Source: Styela clava (lineage: Eukaryota). Taken from it: DNA of 64,000 nucleotides. Each line of letters starts with the position of its first letter. Position 1 is the first letter of the stretch. The notes below the pieces were generated by a model. It saw nothing but the letters and a program-made list of their open reading frames with translations. It was not told the DNA's origin and did not search any database. Positions 1 through 13,577 of this stretch are shown here, piece after piece. A program made the position numbers and the translations under genes. The DNA lies in assembly GCF_964204865.1 (NCBI RefSeq), contig NC_135255.1, positions 11,904,001-11,968,000 of the forward strand, written 5' to 3'.

Positions 1-3000
1 CGAGACAAGTCATCAACTAAAATTAGTCAACTAAATATTGCAAACAAAGATTCGTTTGTAGGTCTGTTTGATTTGAACTCAAGTATGAGCTAGAGGTAGA
101 CCCTACTTTTCCAAATTTCAGATTTTCGTGAGATAAAAAAAATAATTTTACTCTTGCATGTTACAAAATTAGCTCATATTGATTTATAATGATTGCATAA
201 ATATTATAAAAATAAACAGATGTGAAATTGTAACAATAAATACAATTCAATCAAGAAGTAAAATAGGTACATGACATTCAAGGTAAAAAGAAATAATGGC
301 AAATATATAATGAGGTGAACACCCACATTCAGTCGAGGTTAGACAGCAGATTGCGTGTTCTCATGCGCATAAAGTGAAACAAGTTAAAAAACAACAACAG
401 AAAACTCTGTTTGAAAATTATATTAAATACGTCAAATCGACTTGGTATCGTATTACATACCCATAAGTGAACAGTAATAACGGAACTGGTTAGCACCACT
501 AATCCAAAATTGCCAAGAGGCTTGAAAACTCGAAAATGAATATATAGTGTTCATCTTGCATAGTAAACAAATTTTGTTTGTTGCGAGCCGCATGGACGTC
601 ACTACTTCAGAAAGTGTCAATACTGGAATGACGGTGGATATATCGACCTATGGCAATTTGAATGACCCTTTCACACAAGGCTATTGGCTTCTATATGGAC
701 AGTGGGAACGAGCATTTTGAGGTAGTATATTTGGACGTAAATATAGGGGAGAAAGTCCTTACACTTTTCCGAAATTGAACCAAGTCTTGAAACTGAAAGT
801 TAATAACTTGATGTGGTGTAAGTTGATGATAAAACACCATATCGAATCAAATATTTGCTAATATTTGTGAAAACTTGTGTGATTCATATTAACCAAGATG
901 ATAAATCTGAATTAAATCTTCCCAAAAATCCGCAGTTACGTTTTATTGAACGAGTCATATATATCTAACTTAATATATCTTCACCACTTTGTGGGAATTA
1001 AAATTTTTTCGTATACGAACTCGGATTACTTAATGTAATAGGAATTTTGTATATTATCACTATATACAGACAGATTTACGAAAACTTAATTCCGAGTGCA
1101 CTTATGACGTCGTGTGATAACAATTATGTATAGAACGATTAGAAAGTAGAAAATTTGATAAATGAAATTACTGAAAATATTGGGAGATGAGAAAGAATGC
1201 TCGTAACGTAATTTTGGTATCAGGCGGATCTCCATTTTGAAGCAATTTCATTGGGAATTGACTCCGAGTGGTGCTGGTTACAATACAAGTAGAGATTTTC
1301 GTAATGTTTTATGGTAGTTCAAATTCTAATTTCTAAACTGACATAGCCATGACAACAAAATAATATTTACTTCAAAGTTATATGCGGAAACTAACGTAAG
1401 AGATATTTATTGTGATGGAAATCAAAATTGACTATGAACTTTGTGAAAGCGATACTAAAATTTAGTCAAGAATTATGACTAAATATTTCTTGAAGAATAT
1501 TGAAAATATTATTCTGGTTTTCCAGCACACTACGAAGTGCCATATCTACTGTGATGAAAATGACTGCTCATAAATATTTAGTCAAGAAAGGGTTATTCGT
1601 GGACGTCGGTTCTGTGAAGTATATTTTGTGATTTGGGTTATGGTAGTAAGGAGAAATTAATTGTGGGGGAAACTCGACGCCTAGGTAAACTCGACTGGTA
1701 TACCGGCGATAAAGCATAGTTTCGATTCGTTCGTCCGCTGTAATCCGAAAATCACTCACGTGATCTCTGATCGTGAGAGAATCCGGTAAAGCTGTGACGT
1801 TACGTTACATGGAGAGTGAGGAAATGCACGATGCTGTTCTAAACGGACGAAAAGAAGACAATTTTAGCGTAGAAAACAGAAAAAGGCCTCGAGCGACGGT
1901 CAGTAAGTACATTCGTGCGTTCACTATATATATGAGCATAAGAGCAAGGTCCAAGTACCACACGTCTCAGGTTACAGTAGTGAGCGGGACGGTTAGTTAC
2001 GGAATTGTAGTTCGTTTCCACAGCGCAATGTATTTTGCAAGATTTTCCAACTTTTGAACCGATAGAAATCGCCTTGTCCACAAGAACACTAGATTGTAGA
2101 TTGGCTCGAATAATAATTAGAGGATATCATTTTATTAAACGATAGCATTCTTTGTAAATTTGTTCAGTAAACGTAATTGCTTCACGAATGAAGAATCATG
2201 GTACTGGAAAGCTATATACTTCCAAGCGTTCTAGAAAGAATGTATTTACTTGAATGAAGAAACCAAAACCGTCCACGTATCAAATTAATTAACGGTAGAA
2301 AGGATTGTCTATATGAACTCATGTAAAATACATAAACGATGTAAAAATGGAAGCCAGAACCTTCTTTAAATGGAATTATATAAGCTATAGACCGTGTGAT
2401 AACAACTTGCCGCAAATAATTATTTGGCGAGACAGCGCGTGAGAAATGATATTGACAACTTCGAGGTCATTACGTACGTCAACAGACTAATACAAAAGAT
2501 AATATAAGTCGTGTTTTGATCTATTGTCGCGACAATAAAAAATTAAAAATACGTGTAATCTTGTCAACATCTAGGGCAATCTAGATTACACGCTCAAAAA
2601 ATTCACGACAAAATTGTGCCGGAGGGTGATACGCCTGGGGTGGTGACGTATACATAAGTAAACTTATATTTCTTAGAACCATATGCAAAATTTAAACTCG
2701 TCTATAGAATTTGATTTAGAACTGTTGCAAGATAGTTTTTGTTTTTCGAATTAGTGAACGGGAGACGGTAACAGATTATAATGGATTTGTTTGTGGTAGG
2801 TAACGTTTAAGACAGGATTAGTTATCGCTGCCACAGACTAAGATTTTATAAATTAGACGAACTGTCGTATTTGGGATTCTAAATTAAAAACAAATGTCAA
2901 AAACTGAGACTGTTTTTAATTTATTGAAGTCATTGAAAGTTAAGAAAAATGTTATTTTTTGCAGTATCGTTTATATTTTACTAGTTACAAAATGATATAG

Positions 3001-3741
3001 TTAGGGTGTTATTTTGTAACGGCGTTATTGAGCATGGCTGGCACATATTTCTTCATGATAAAGTAACTTTTGTATTCTGTAGGTAACCTATTATTATATA
3101 TAGATCTTCAAATTCAAAAACGAAAACGCCAAAGAAATATAGTAAGAAGCAAGTATTGCTGCAATAACATGTTGAAAATGTCGACATGTAATAAAAGGAT
3201 TAATTAAAAAGAGATTTTGTAATTAACTTCGTCCTAATCCGAAATTTTTAATAAATAAAAATAGTGTTTTTAATAATAATTTAGAATCATTCATTTGAGA
3301 TTTGAATACAATAAATAATGAATTTGCCTTCGACAAAATTTGAAATATTCTTTAGAGGCATAAAGTCGACGTGCCGACGGCGGATACAAATTCGTTTTTT
3401 CAGGCCACATGGAAATATCTTCCATTCTCAAAATCGCTGGCAATAGTCATAGAGCACGAGGTTGTGAACGCGAGGTAATTCAGGAAATGCTGTACCTCAT
3501 AGAATTGTAAATTTAGTTTAGCATACAAATATTTCATTCATCTTGTATGGTAGTATGTAGTACTATTGAATGCAATTGAGTTAAAATTGGTTAAATATGG
3601 CCATACATATTTCTAGTTTTTATTAAAAATTCTTCCACTGACCGTGTGTAATATTTTCTAGACATGCGTACATGTGAACATAATTTCTATTTACTATTTA
3701 GCTCTTGAATAACTTAAATAAAAAGTAAAACACTTTATAAA

Positions 3742-3838
3742 ATGAATTACTCACTTCTTATTCTACTTATTGGATTGGTCTTTCACTGTGGAGAAGCAAG
3801 CAAAAAGAAATCAATAGTTTCGGGTACACCATGGCCAG
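3742..3838 (+). CDS. Serpin exon 1 (signal peptide MNYSLLILLIGLVFHCGEA, then SKKKSIVSGTPWP)
   Basis: ATG in AAAATG context, hydrophobic core ending G-E-A, donor CAG/gtacgg in phase 1. Confidence 0.85.
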
Positions 3839-6800
3839 GTACGGTTTCATAATTTTTTTAAAAAATTTTTTTTTATGTATTCTGCTTTGTGTGATAGGTA
3901 TCGTATACTGCGGTAGTAAATATGGCAAGGTCTGATGTTTTTTATGGCATATCTCTAGCATATTAATCTGTTGAACGTGAGGAAATTTAACAAGAAATAA
4001 ACATAAAGAAGCATCGGAAGTGCAAATTAGAAAGGTCGAAAGATGATATACAAAACTAAAAATAGTGTTCATCGTCATCGTACGTGTTCGGCTTTAATAA
4101 TCCTAAAAATGTTTACACGTTTCTCCTACTAAGAAAATGCGCTGTTGATTCGGATTATCCTATGACAGGACTCAAACGTAACGTGGAAATTCACGTGTTA
4201 CTGATGTTACATTTGAAATATGAAGAAATGCTTTGACGTGTGCTAAGGTTTTTTTTGTCGACTTGGTAATTTTGCAACTATATCAGTGTTAGATATCGCC
4301 GTTTAAAAGGATTTACAGTTAATATGAAAACCCCACATTATTTTGATTGAAAATATTAAGACTTTGAACGCCTTCAAATGAAGGAAAGTACTCAACTATA
4401 ATTTCAGACGTTGGTATGCAGTATATAGACAAAAACTTGAGAAAAACAATCGCTTTTTTGTTGTTACGTGTTCATGAAATTGCCCAAAATCCTGGCAGAA
4501 AAATAAGAAAATTCTCAATGATAGAGATATTTCCGATTTGGAACCAAATTTGTAATTTATAGGGTGAAGTCGACTTGTGTCGAATGCTAATCTAGCTATC
4601 TAGTCCGCCACAGGTCTCGCAGGTGGATCGCATCATCTCGATATCGTCTGTGTATAAGCCAGTCGTTTACGTCTCCTGTTTGTGTTACCTGTGACATAGC
4701 TAAATGACTAATTTCCCTAAAGGTTAAACATTTCCTAAGTTCGCTTACGGTCGTCTGATGTATCCAAATTTAAAATTTCCGTTTGATTTTTTAGGTTTCC
4801 CGTTCAACCGGCCTCCTATGGGATATTTCTCGAAATCCCCTGTGGAACCTGACGAATATTATGAAGACTATGACTTGGTCGAGGAAAACGACCTCGATGA
4901 GGTAAGAGTACGATGATCACTAAAGTACACATTCTGAAATCGAATTTCAGACATGTAAGACTGGGTCACTATGTCACTGAACGAATTCAGGGATGGCTTC
5001 AGTATGAATATTTATTCCAAGTTATACACTGGTATCAAAAAAGTATTTATTTAGATGCGTTTTTTCACTCTTGGAGGCTATTTCAAGTTTGAATTTTCCC
5101 GACTTGTTCATGCTTAAAAGTCTTATATAGGATTTATATATGCATTTCTATCATTCCAAACGTCGGACGATAAGTCATTTTGAGCGTGAATGGACAATTA
5201 TTATGGCACAATGATCAAGGAAGTGAAAAATCATCCCCGTGAAAACAAAAATATCCCGATCTTATTTTGCCTTAATTCTTTTTTTAAATATTCTTAAATT
5301 TTATAATGTACACCTGTAACAGATCACGTTTCGGAAATGTTGTTACGTAGTCCAAAATAAATTGAAATAAGCACTACAAGATGGATTTAAAACTCATATA
5401 AAAGTGACTGATTCAAACATAGAGAAAGTATTTTATACAGGATTTTTATACATCCCTTTATGGGGTGCGCCCTATCGTTTGAGAACCACTGTTCTAGAAT
5501 AAACATACGGTAACTATCGTGCAAAGCGGCCCAAAACGTTGGGGGATCTTTATACACGAACGGAAGGGGAGGGGTACAATTTGGGGCATCGTGTACAACT
5601 CAATTTTCCTCGCAATGGAAAATGATTTTCCGTGTCTATAAACGAGATTTGATTATTTTAAAGCAAAACTAATCGAAAAAATAATTCTATAATATCTTTT
5701 GAAATTTGGATATAAATGTTTCCAAACTTGCCACCTCCAGTTCAACAGATCAAAAAAATAATTGATGAGAAATAATGTGTAAATGTAATCAACATTTTTG
5801 TCTGCTACAGAATGAAGAATCTACCACGAAGCCAGATTACAAGAAATCTAATGCTTTTCATGCCGGAATAGCCAGTGCGATTCACGACTTTACATTCGAC
5901 TTGTACAAGGGGATGGTTCGAAACATAAGCGTGGAAGACAATCTCGTTTTTTCTCCACTCTCTGTCTACACCGCATTGTGCATGTTAACGCTAGGTACGG
6001 CAGTGACATTCATCAATTACACCGTGGTCTATTCTAACTGTTTGTATATTTTTGAGCTAACATAAATTCTCTGCTAACCTCGATATCGCGTGAGTTGGTA
6101 ATCTCGGATTAGGTATTTCTGGTTACAGACGATGGCACGAACGGGAATAAAAATAATTAAAATTTTATAAGGTTCTACCATAGGCTCCTATACTGCATTA
6201 CGTGACCGTGTAATTTTTATCGTCTTTTTCCTGCGTTTGTATCAGGAGCAGATATCGATAGACCAACACCTGAAGCAATTTACATTAACAATATATATTT
6301 TGCCTAAAATGGTATAGGATATCTATACACTGTTCTTAAACTTTCTCGAAATATATTTTATAAGCAAGAATTTTGTTTGTCACCAATTTCCATTTTGAAG
6401 TTTTCGGATTATATCCCTAGCCACACCACAAAGATTTGACGAGAAGAAAATTTACAACAGAACCTAACCAAGATAGATGACAATCCTACACCAAAACGTC
6501 AAATTAAAATTATGAAAACATCATTTGTATATCTCATACAGTAGACTAAACAAATTTTATAAAATTCCCTTTTTGAAAAATATTTTTCAAATTCTTTTCT
6601 GTATTTTTAGGACTCGGAGGCAAGTCACACTCACAAGCAATGGAAGTACTTCACGGGGACGCTTTCCCAGATGTTCACAATGCAATGTCGCAATTATCTG
6701 ATGCAATTTTTGATAATTCAAGATCGGGTAGTGTCACGCTTACCAAAGCAAACAGAATATTTATTGACCGATCTGTGAGACTCCTCAAAGAATTCAAATC

Positions 6801-9800
6801 TAGTATGAGAAAGTAAGTAGCTGTTTTGAAATAACACAATTTTTGAGACATTTCCAAAATATCTATCTGACAGAAGTTTACTAGGTTAATTTCAAATTTG
6901 AAAACTCAATGGCATGCGCTTAAGGGCTCCAATAATCTCACGATCTTTCCTCCAAACATCTAACGCTGATTACTGTTACTTCACCATTAGCAAATACTTA
7001 TCTGAAACACTGAACAAAAAAATTAGAAAAAACCCGTCTATAATTTTTATGTTGAAAAGGGCAATTTCTTTTCATTTCAATTTCTCAGATAAAAATTCCA
7101 GAGTGAAATGAAATTCGTTATTATCTTTTTTCCCAACTGAAAGCTAAATTGACAACTATCAGTCAAGTAATTTCACCGAGTGCAAGCTAACTGTATTACA
7201 TATATGCTAGTTGCCGGGAACAACTTTTCCAAATGATATTATATGTAATCATCAAATGGTGGGGGGAGGTGACCATATTAAATTATTTAGAATAGATTTT
7301 CCGAAACTATTTTAGTGCAGAAACAATGAATAATCACAAATTTGCATTGTTTCCAATCTAAACCAATATGCCTGACATTATTTTCGAAACTCAAAAAAAC
7401 CTATTGAGTTTCATGATTAAAAGTGGATGGAAGTGTTTATATAGTAAATAAATAGTAGGGAAAGTAAAATTAACATAAGGTAATTAGTTTGTGACAAACC
7501 TACGCGAATGATAGACAAAAATTTGCTCGGAGATTAAGTTATAAAAAGAGATTATCGTTAGGTTACAAGTTGTAAATAAGCTTCAAAATAAGTTGAGCTC
7601 CAACTTATCCAATTTTCCAAGATAGGTCGCATATTCTTTCCCAATAGCGTGTTCCAGTTTCGAGAAATATGAAACCAGATTATAGAGATTGTATCTTACT
7701 TATATACAACGAACTCTTTGTCAAGATAAAGTTGTTAAATTATCAAAAAACCACATGATGTTTCTGCAAATTTCAAAGCCTTAACAATAAATACAACGTA
7801 TTTGATAAGCCTAAAATACGCCTACTAAAAACGTGTACCAATCTTCATAAATTGCCGATAGAAAATTCCAAGATTTAGCTCAGAGGAACAAATATATCCG
7901 CAAACTCAAATAGCATCAAATATGTGGTATAAAGTAGACTACATACTAATAAACTTGAAACCGCCCTATTGTAAATATTATTTTACATCAATGCACGCAG
8001 CAGTGATAGTTTGCCCAATGGGAGTTTCATGTTGTTAAAAGATTTTTTCACTCTTTTGTCATAAACTACTACACAAATCGCTTTAAATTTTCAACAGTTA
8101 ATAGATGGAAGTGTTTTTTTAAAAGCTGTCTCTTTGATATTTTTCGAATTTTTCCGGTCTTCTTTGGAGTTTGTAAATTTACCTAACAAGTGGTGTTTTG
8201 ATGAAATAACGATACCAAAGGGAATTTTCGTTTCGTGAGTCCGGGTATAATCAGCATAATTATTAACTACTCAAAAACCTAAATCTCCTTCAAGACAACA
8301 AATCATAAATATAGTAGGTAAAAAAATAGCAGGTATCTCAATTTTGCCCAATTTGATTTTCTTTTTAAAGTTATCATTCGTATTATTATTCACAGGGACT
8401 ACCACGTCAGCGCAAAAAAAGTCAACTTCATGAATGCCCCTGACTTGAACCGAAGAAGAATCAACCAATTCGTACAAAGACATACGGAACGAAAAATCAA
8501 GGACCTTGCACCAAGAGGATCGATTTCATCTGACACAAGATTGTTTATTGCTAACGCTATGTACATGAAGGTGAGTAAAAAAATTCAAAATACGCGCATT
8601 CTTTACTACTGACACTTCGCAATCAATTGCACTTTGTGGGTATGGGTGACTACAACCGTCTAGGGCGCGAATTAATCGGTTCCAGACACTTTTCTTGCAT
8701 TAAAAATGTCAAATGTGTACGAGTGCTGATGATGAGCATAGACAAGCAATAAATACAATCAAAATTGTCATTCATGAATGAAATTATAGTTTATGATAAT
8801 TATAACTATAAAAATGTAACACTTTCATCGCTGACGAAAAAAGATTTTAGAAAAATACTCATTTTAAATCGAAAAATGCTATAAACTGTGAGTAATTTTA
8901 GCCACGAGATAAAATTGGGAAAAAAGCAAGCTTTGAAAAAATCAAAATAACTGTGGAACAATTTCACAATTAGTAAACAATGTTTGTTGTACATGTCATG
9001 AAGTTGTGAACTTCTTTGAAGAAGAAGCGTTTTTCATAAATTGATGGACTAAGTGTTTACATGATGTGGTTTTAAATTCAAATGTTACCAACAGACACCC
9101 ACACAGTAAGAAGTTGAGTCACTTGTTGTTTACCGAGGATTCATTTTGCAAAAAAATTGAAAAAAAAAATGCGATATGTTTTTCTACAACACGATTCAAG
9201 CAAGACAATGCGTTGTTGATTCCAAAGCCAAATAGCTTTTCATTATTCAGCCTTTCTGGCTGTCATTCAAAATAAAGCAATATTAAATCGTGGTTTGGCC
9301 ATTCTAGCTATTACGTCTCGTCACATTGTTGCCAACGGATAAAAAAGATGACATTTAAATATTTTCTGAAAATACATTAAACTTTTTGCGGAAACGGCAG
9401 TGTGTTTATTCGTCTACGAAAAACGATGTTAAAAAACTTGACATAATAATTTTGAGTTGACTTTCCAAATTTCACAGAAAAACGTCTTTCTGGCCCAATT
9501 TCAAACAAATCGCTTGCGTCAAAATATTATCTAGCAAAGGTGTCAAATGAATCATTAGTTTAATTGGAATAAGTGACAGCATACAGACAGATTGATGTAC
9601 CTGCTCAAATATCTAAAAAACGTAAAGATGAATTTAACTGTACAAAATCTGACGCAAAGAGAATGGCAAGAGATATTCCAATCCCCACCCCATCAGCGGA
9701 GATGATTATTAGCGCGCTCTCCACCAAACTTGGTTAATATCTGTGATTTTTCACGAGCATCTTTTACAAAAATGATTAGTCACTTATGGTCTCGAACCCC

Positions 9801-11075
9801 ACATACTAGAGTTTCGACTTTCGATATGAATAACGCCAAATTAATTCAAAACTGTCGCTTTCAAAGAAGTTTACAAATACCAATGAGGGTTAAAGAGTTC
9901 TTGTTTATTATATATATTTGTGTAAATTGTAATACCAGGAGAAATGGTCATTTTTCGACGAGTTAGGATGTCTCGCATATAAGTCCCAGTAATACATCAG
10001 AATGAAAGTTCTGAACATCTAAACTTTGTTTTTTTCTGAATAATTTATTTGCAATGACCTACTTTGCAATATTTGATGCTGATTTCATCCTTTACAGGCT
10101 TCTTGGGAAACACGATTCACGTTTACGGACAAAGGAAGATTTACCGTCAATCCGAGTGAGAAAATCATTGTAGACATGATGCAAAGTTCCAGTGGAAGCT
10201 GTTATACCACACTTAGCAATGAATTGAACGCAGAAGTGATCAGGATTCTTATGAAAGGTGGGCATTGTAACAGATTTACATGAGTTGAGAATATTAGGAA
10301 TTAGCTGATGCCGGGATTTCTTACACTATTTTGAGATCCATTTTTCTATAACCTTGCTTGTGTTATATACTTTAAGCTGTTTATCAGAATCCATCCTTTG
10401 CATGAAATTTAAAATACGGGATTCCCGACATTCCACTGTCTTTTTTACTGTACGAAAATAGATCATCACGCACTGCCGTTGTTTATTTCTTTCGTATATC
10501 TTTAGGAACCTATAGTAGCAAAATCAGGTACCGATAAAATTTTTTGACAAAGCGAAAATTCTTAGTAACAAATTTCTTTTTTTCATTTTTCAGGTGACGT
10601 CAGCTTCATAGCCATCGTGCCTTCCACTCCAGGAGATTTCTCTCTACTAGAAGATGGGAGAGGAAAAGGACGAACACGCCGAGCATTGGAAGCCTTATAC
10701 GAACCCGGGTTTTCAGTGTGGCCACAGTTATGCCGTATTACAATGCCAAAATTCAAGATCGACTTCAAAGCAGACGACTTGATAGACGTTTTGAAAGACA
10801 TGGGAATGACGGATATCTTTGACCCAACGGAGGCAGATCTTAGCAAAATGACACCGAGTAGAGAGCCATTGTACGTGAGCGATGTGCGTCATAAAGCTAC
10901 CATTGACGTCAACGAAAATGGTCTCGAAGCAGCAGCGGCTACAGGAATTGGGGTTGCGGCGCGTATGATGCCACAACCTGTCACGATAGATCGACCATTT
11001 TTATTTATGGTACGAGACGAGAAAACTGGAGCTACAATATTCACCGGAAAAGTCGTTCGGCCAAAATATGAATAA
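3742..11075 (+). CDS. Secreted serpin, 7 coding exons: join(3742..3838,4795..4901,5811..5994,6611..6812,8396..8570,10098..10257,10594..11075), 468 aa
   Basis: All six introns are GT-AG with compatible phases (1,0,1,2,0,1). Spliced length is 1407 nt and open. Serpin motifs: NLVFSPLS, INQFV..HTERKIKDL, NAMYMKASW..F, VDMM, MPKFKI, LYVSDVRH, ENGLEAAAAT hinge, IDRPFLF, IFTGKVVRP. Confidence 0.93.
4795..4901 (+). CDS. Serpin exon 2 (acidic tail GFPFNRPPMGYFSKSPVEPDEYYEDYDLVEENDLDE)
   Basis: Acceptor tttttttag, donor GAG/gtaaga; phases link exon 1 to exon 3. Confidence 0.85.
5811..5994 (+). CDS. Serpin exon 3 (helix A to helix B)
   Basis: FTFDLYK...NLVFSPLSVYTALCMLTLG; ctacag acceptor, G/gtacgg donor. 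Confidence 0.93.
6611..6812 (+). CDS. Serpin exon 4
   Basis: LGGKSHSQAMEVLH...LTKANRIFIDRSVRLLKEFKSSMRK; tttttag acceptor, gtaagt donor. Confidence 0.92.
8396..8570 (+). CDS. Serpin exon 5
   Basis: DYHVSAKKVNF...INQFVQRHTERKIKDL...ANAMYMK; ttcacag acceptor, gtgagt donor. Confidence 0.94.
10098..10257 (+). CDS. Serpin exon 6
   Basis: ASWETRF...IVDMMQ...LNAEVIRILMK; tttacag acceptor, G/gtgggc donor. Confidence 0.9.
10594..11075 (+). CDS. Serpin exon 7 (contains the reactive centre loop and stop codon)
   Basis: ENGLEAAAATGIGVAAR-MMPQPVTIDRPFLF; polypyrimidine tract plus cag acceptor; TAA at 11073-11075. Confidence 0.96.
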
Positions 11076-11660
11076 AAATCGCATTTCGAATCAAAATCGA
11101 AAACTTGACGCGAGAATAGTAGCCGATAAGAAAGAGACACAATGAGTCCTGCTACATTGGAGAGACAAAACACTCAATTTTGGCGGCTATAAAACTGGAC
11201 AGTGCTTGAGACAGCCTTTTTATCATCAATGCATTTTGCTGAGAACATGCTTGCATTTCTATAATTACGATTACAAAAAGTAAAAGCTGGACAGGTATAC
11301 AACACCATAGATATCAAAGCATAGTGTCGTCTTTTGCTATTTTTATATTTTTAACTTATTAATTGTTATATAAATTTTTTAATTAGTTTGAAGGTCTGCT
11401 ACAATTAAGTTATACATTTTATTTGTTTCTTGTTTGGTAAATACCAACTTGACCATCTATATAGGAAACGTTATTGACAAATTAACAGTCCATCGGAGAC
11501 TACGCTGCTAATGGTTTACACTCGATTTTGTAAAGCTTGAATAAAGGCAATGTGAGACGTTTTTCATTTCAGGATATTTTATTGGATCAAAACAGACGTT
11601 TTATGCTTCATTTTATATTTTTGCGTATTTTTCTTTTTATACAAATATTAAATAAAACAT
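11076..11660 (+). terminator. Serpin 3' UTR with candidate poly(A) signals
   Basis: AATAAA at ~11540 and ~11651 in U-rich context; another overlaps the stop codon. Confidence 0.4.
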
Positions 11661-12352
11661 CTTTGTGATAATATTTGTTAAGATAAGTTCGTCACTCGGT
11701 TTAATGAGGTTACAAACTACGTGAGTGTTAAACCGAAAAACATGACACAAAGACTTACAGAATAAGCAGGGTTGACTTGAGCGTTGGGATATGATTTACG
11801 CTTTTCATGGTACCAATTCGTCATATACCCATTACGACTACAATGCCTGCATTTAGTGCGAAAATAGGATATTCGTATGTAGAGGAGAGTCACACGCTTT
11901 CTCACACTTAAGCAACTATGGAAAAACTATCTAGTAATGCAAGAAATATGACAATTCACGCGGTGGTGAAACTGAAATTATGGAATTTGTTCTATTCAAG
12001 AGAACATGTTGGTCTAGTCTAGAGAGAGAGGGCGAACTACTGACCCGCGTGTCATAAAGTAATACCTCACGAGCTTTCAGTGACCAGCGAAGTGACGATT
12101 TCAATAAAAAAACATACTGAAATTTTAATGATAAAAACTGATTATAAAACCTTTCTAACCTTTCTAAGTCAATCGAACAATACGTGAACCACCGGTACTA
12201 TAGCATACCAGTGTGCTGTAACTAGCAACAATGCTGTTACAACGTTTTCGACATAACAAGATACTATATTGGTTTATTTCTCGCAACTTGTCATCTAACA
12301 GTGGTTCCCACTCTGAGGTTCATAAACCAAGGGGATATATCGTAAGATAACT

Positions 12353-12435
12353 AGGGATGGCGGAATCGAGACCGGATTCGATTCGTCGCGGAATCGACTA
12401 GAATCGATTCCGATGCATTGGAATCGATTCTCGAG
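12353..12435 (+). mobile_element. hAT-type MITE 5' fragment
   Basis: TAGGGATG terminus followed by repeated GAATCG/CGATTC subterminal motifs; no partner end seen. Confidence 0.45.
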
Positions 12436-13292
12436 GTTAAAACTTGGATTGCAAACAATGTGTAAGTTTTGTGGCAATTCCTCCACATATATGTGTAGCT
12501 TTACTGCTATGTTGAATTGCTACGACGGCGCAAACATCACTCACTATATGTATATATATATTTCGTTGGAAGGTATTTACGTTTAATTATTTCTAAAATC
12601 TCTGTGTTATACTTATAGTTATACTTAGCATTCTTAAAGAGAACTAGATTCTACCAACCAAGAATAAAGGGACGTGGGGAAACCGCTACAGCCAAGTTTC
12701 TTAATGTTGCAAACTTCGATTAAATACCCATGACTCACTGTCTTGTTTTCCACAATAAAAATGCTATTCTCGACTCTTTCGTTAAAAAAGGTACGCCATC
12801 GGTGGTATAAAAAAAGTGTTTGGACTCGAGTAAGCAATTCATTATTGAATACGTAATCGTACAACAGAAGTGTTATCAACTTATAGAAGCCGGTCAAGTA
12901 ACATTGGTCTTCATCGGCATTGACAAATTTGGTTTTTTAATTGCTCTATAGCGCCATTCTGTGACACGCCGAACAAACAGCTTCGCCTTGAACATTTCGC
13001 CAAGCAAAAAGCGTTACATTTTCTCCTAGCAATATCACAACAAAATTTAATATTACATTAGACATAGAATAGACGAAAAACAGTTGATAGAGAATGGTCA
13101 GTATGTCAGTCAGGGTCAGCACCGCTCGTATGCACAAACAGCTGACTCGAATTATTGTACTAGTAGATAAATTGGATTTGATATGTTATGGGTTGGAATA
13201 AGTATTAAATTCAAAACATGGTTAGCGCAATATAGATAAACTCTTGTTTCACAGATCAGCACCACCTGTCTGAAATGGAATGAAGTGTAATG

Positions 13293-13398
13293 AATGACTC
13301 CCGTAGTAATTGTATCTGAAATTATGGCCTGACCCTAACCTTGTACACATGCTACGTTCCGGTGTCCGCCATCTTGGTGCACATACTACGGGAGTACC
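13293..13398 (+). mobile_element. Partial MITE (CCCGTAGTA / CCCTAACC family, same as 49686-49894)
   Basis: Shares aatgactcccgtagta...gaaattatgg...gaccctaacc and catactacgggagtacc with the 49.7 kb copy. Confidence 0.75.
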
Positions 13399-13577
13399 CA
13401 ATTCTGGGGAATGATATTGATAAAGAGGATCGGATATTATATGTGTAAGACAATGAAAATGAAAAATAATAAAATGTTATGTTGCACCTTAGCAATGAAA
13501 ACAAGTGTAAAAAGAGGACGCTACCAATACCCATTACAAAAACACAAGCTGTCGCTAAAGTGTATATTAACTTAACT

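Noticed and set aside
611-721. Exon-like segment (ttcag...gag/gtagta) with peptide LNDPFTQGYWLLYGQWERAF, reminiscent of serpin or C-type lectin motifs
   Set aside because: Stops occur in all three frames, no partner exons were found, and the match is too short
3404-3474. Segment encoding ATWKYLPF...VNA, resembling serpin exon 6 (possible relic paralog)
   Set aside because: Much shorter than the real exon with no other relic exons; may simply be a 5' UTR exon
10583-11173. Minus-strand ORFs over the last serpin exon
   Set aside because: Antisense shadows of the real coding exon
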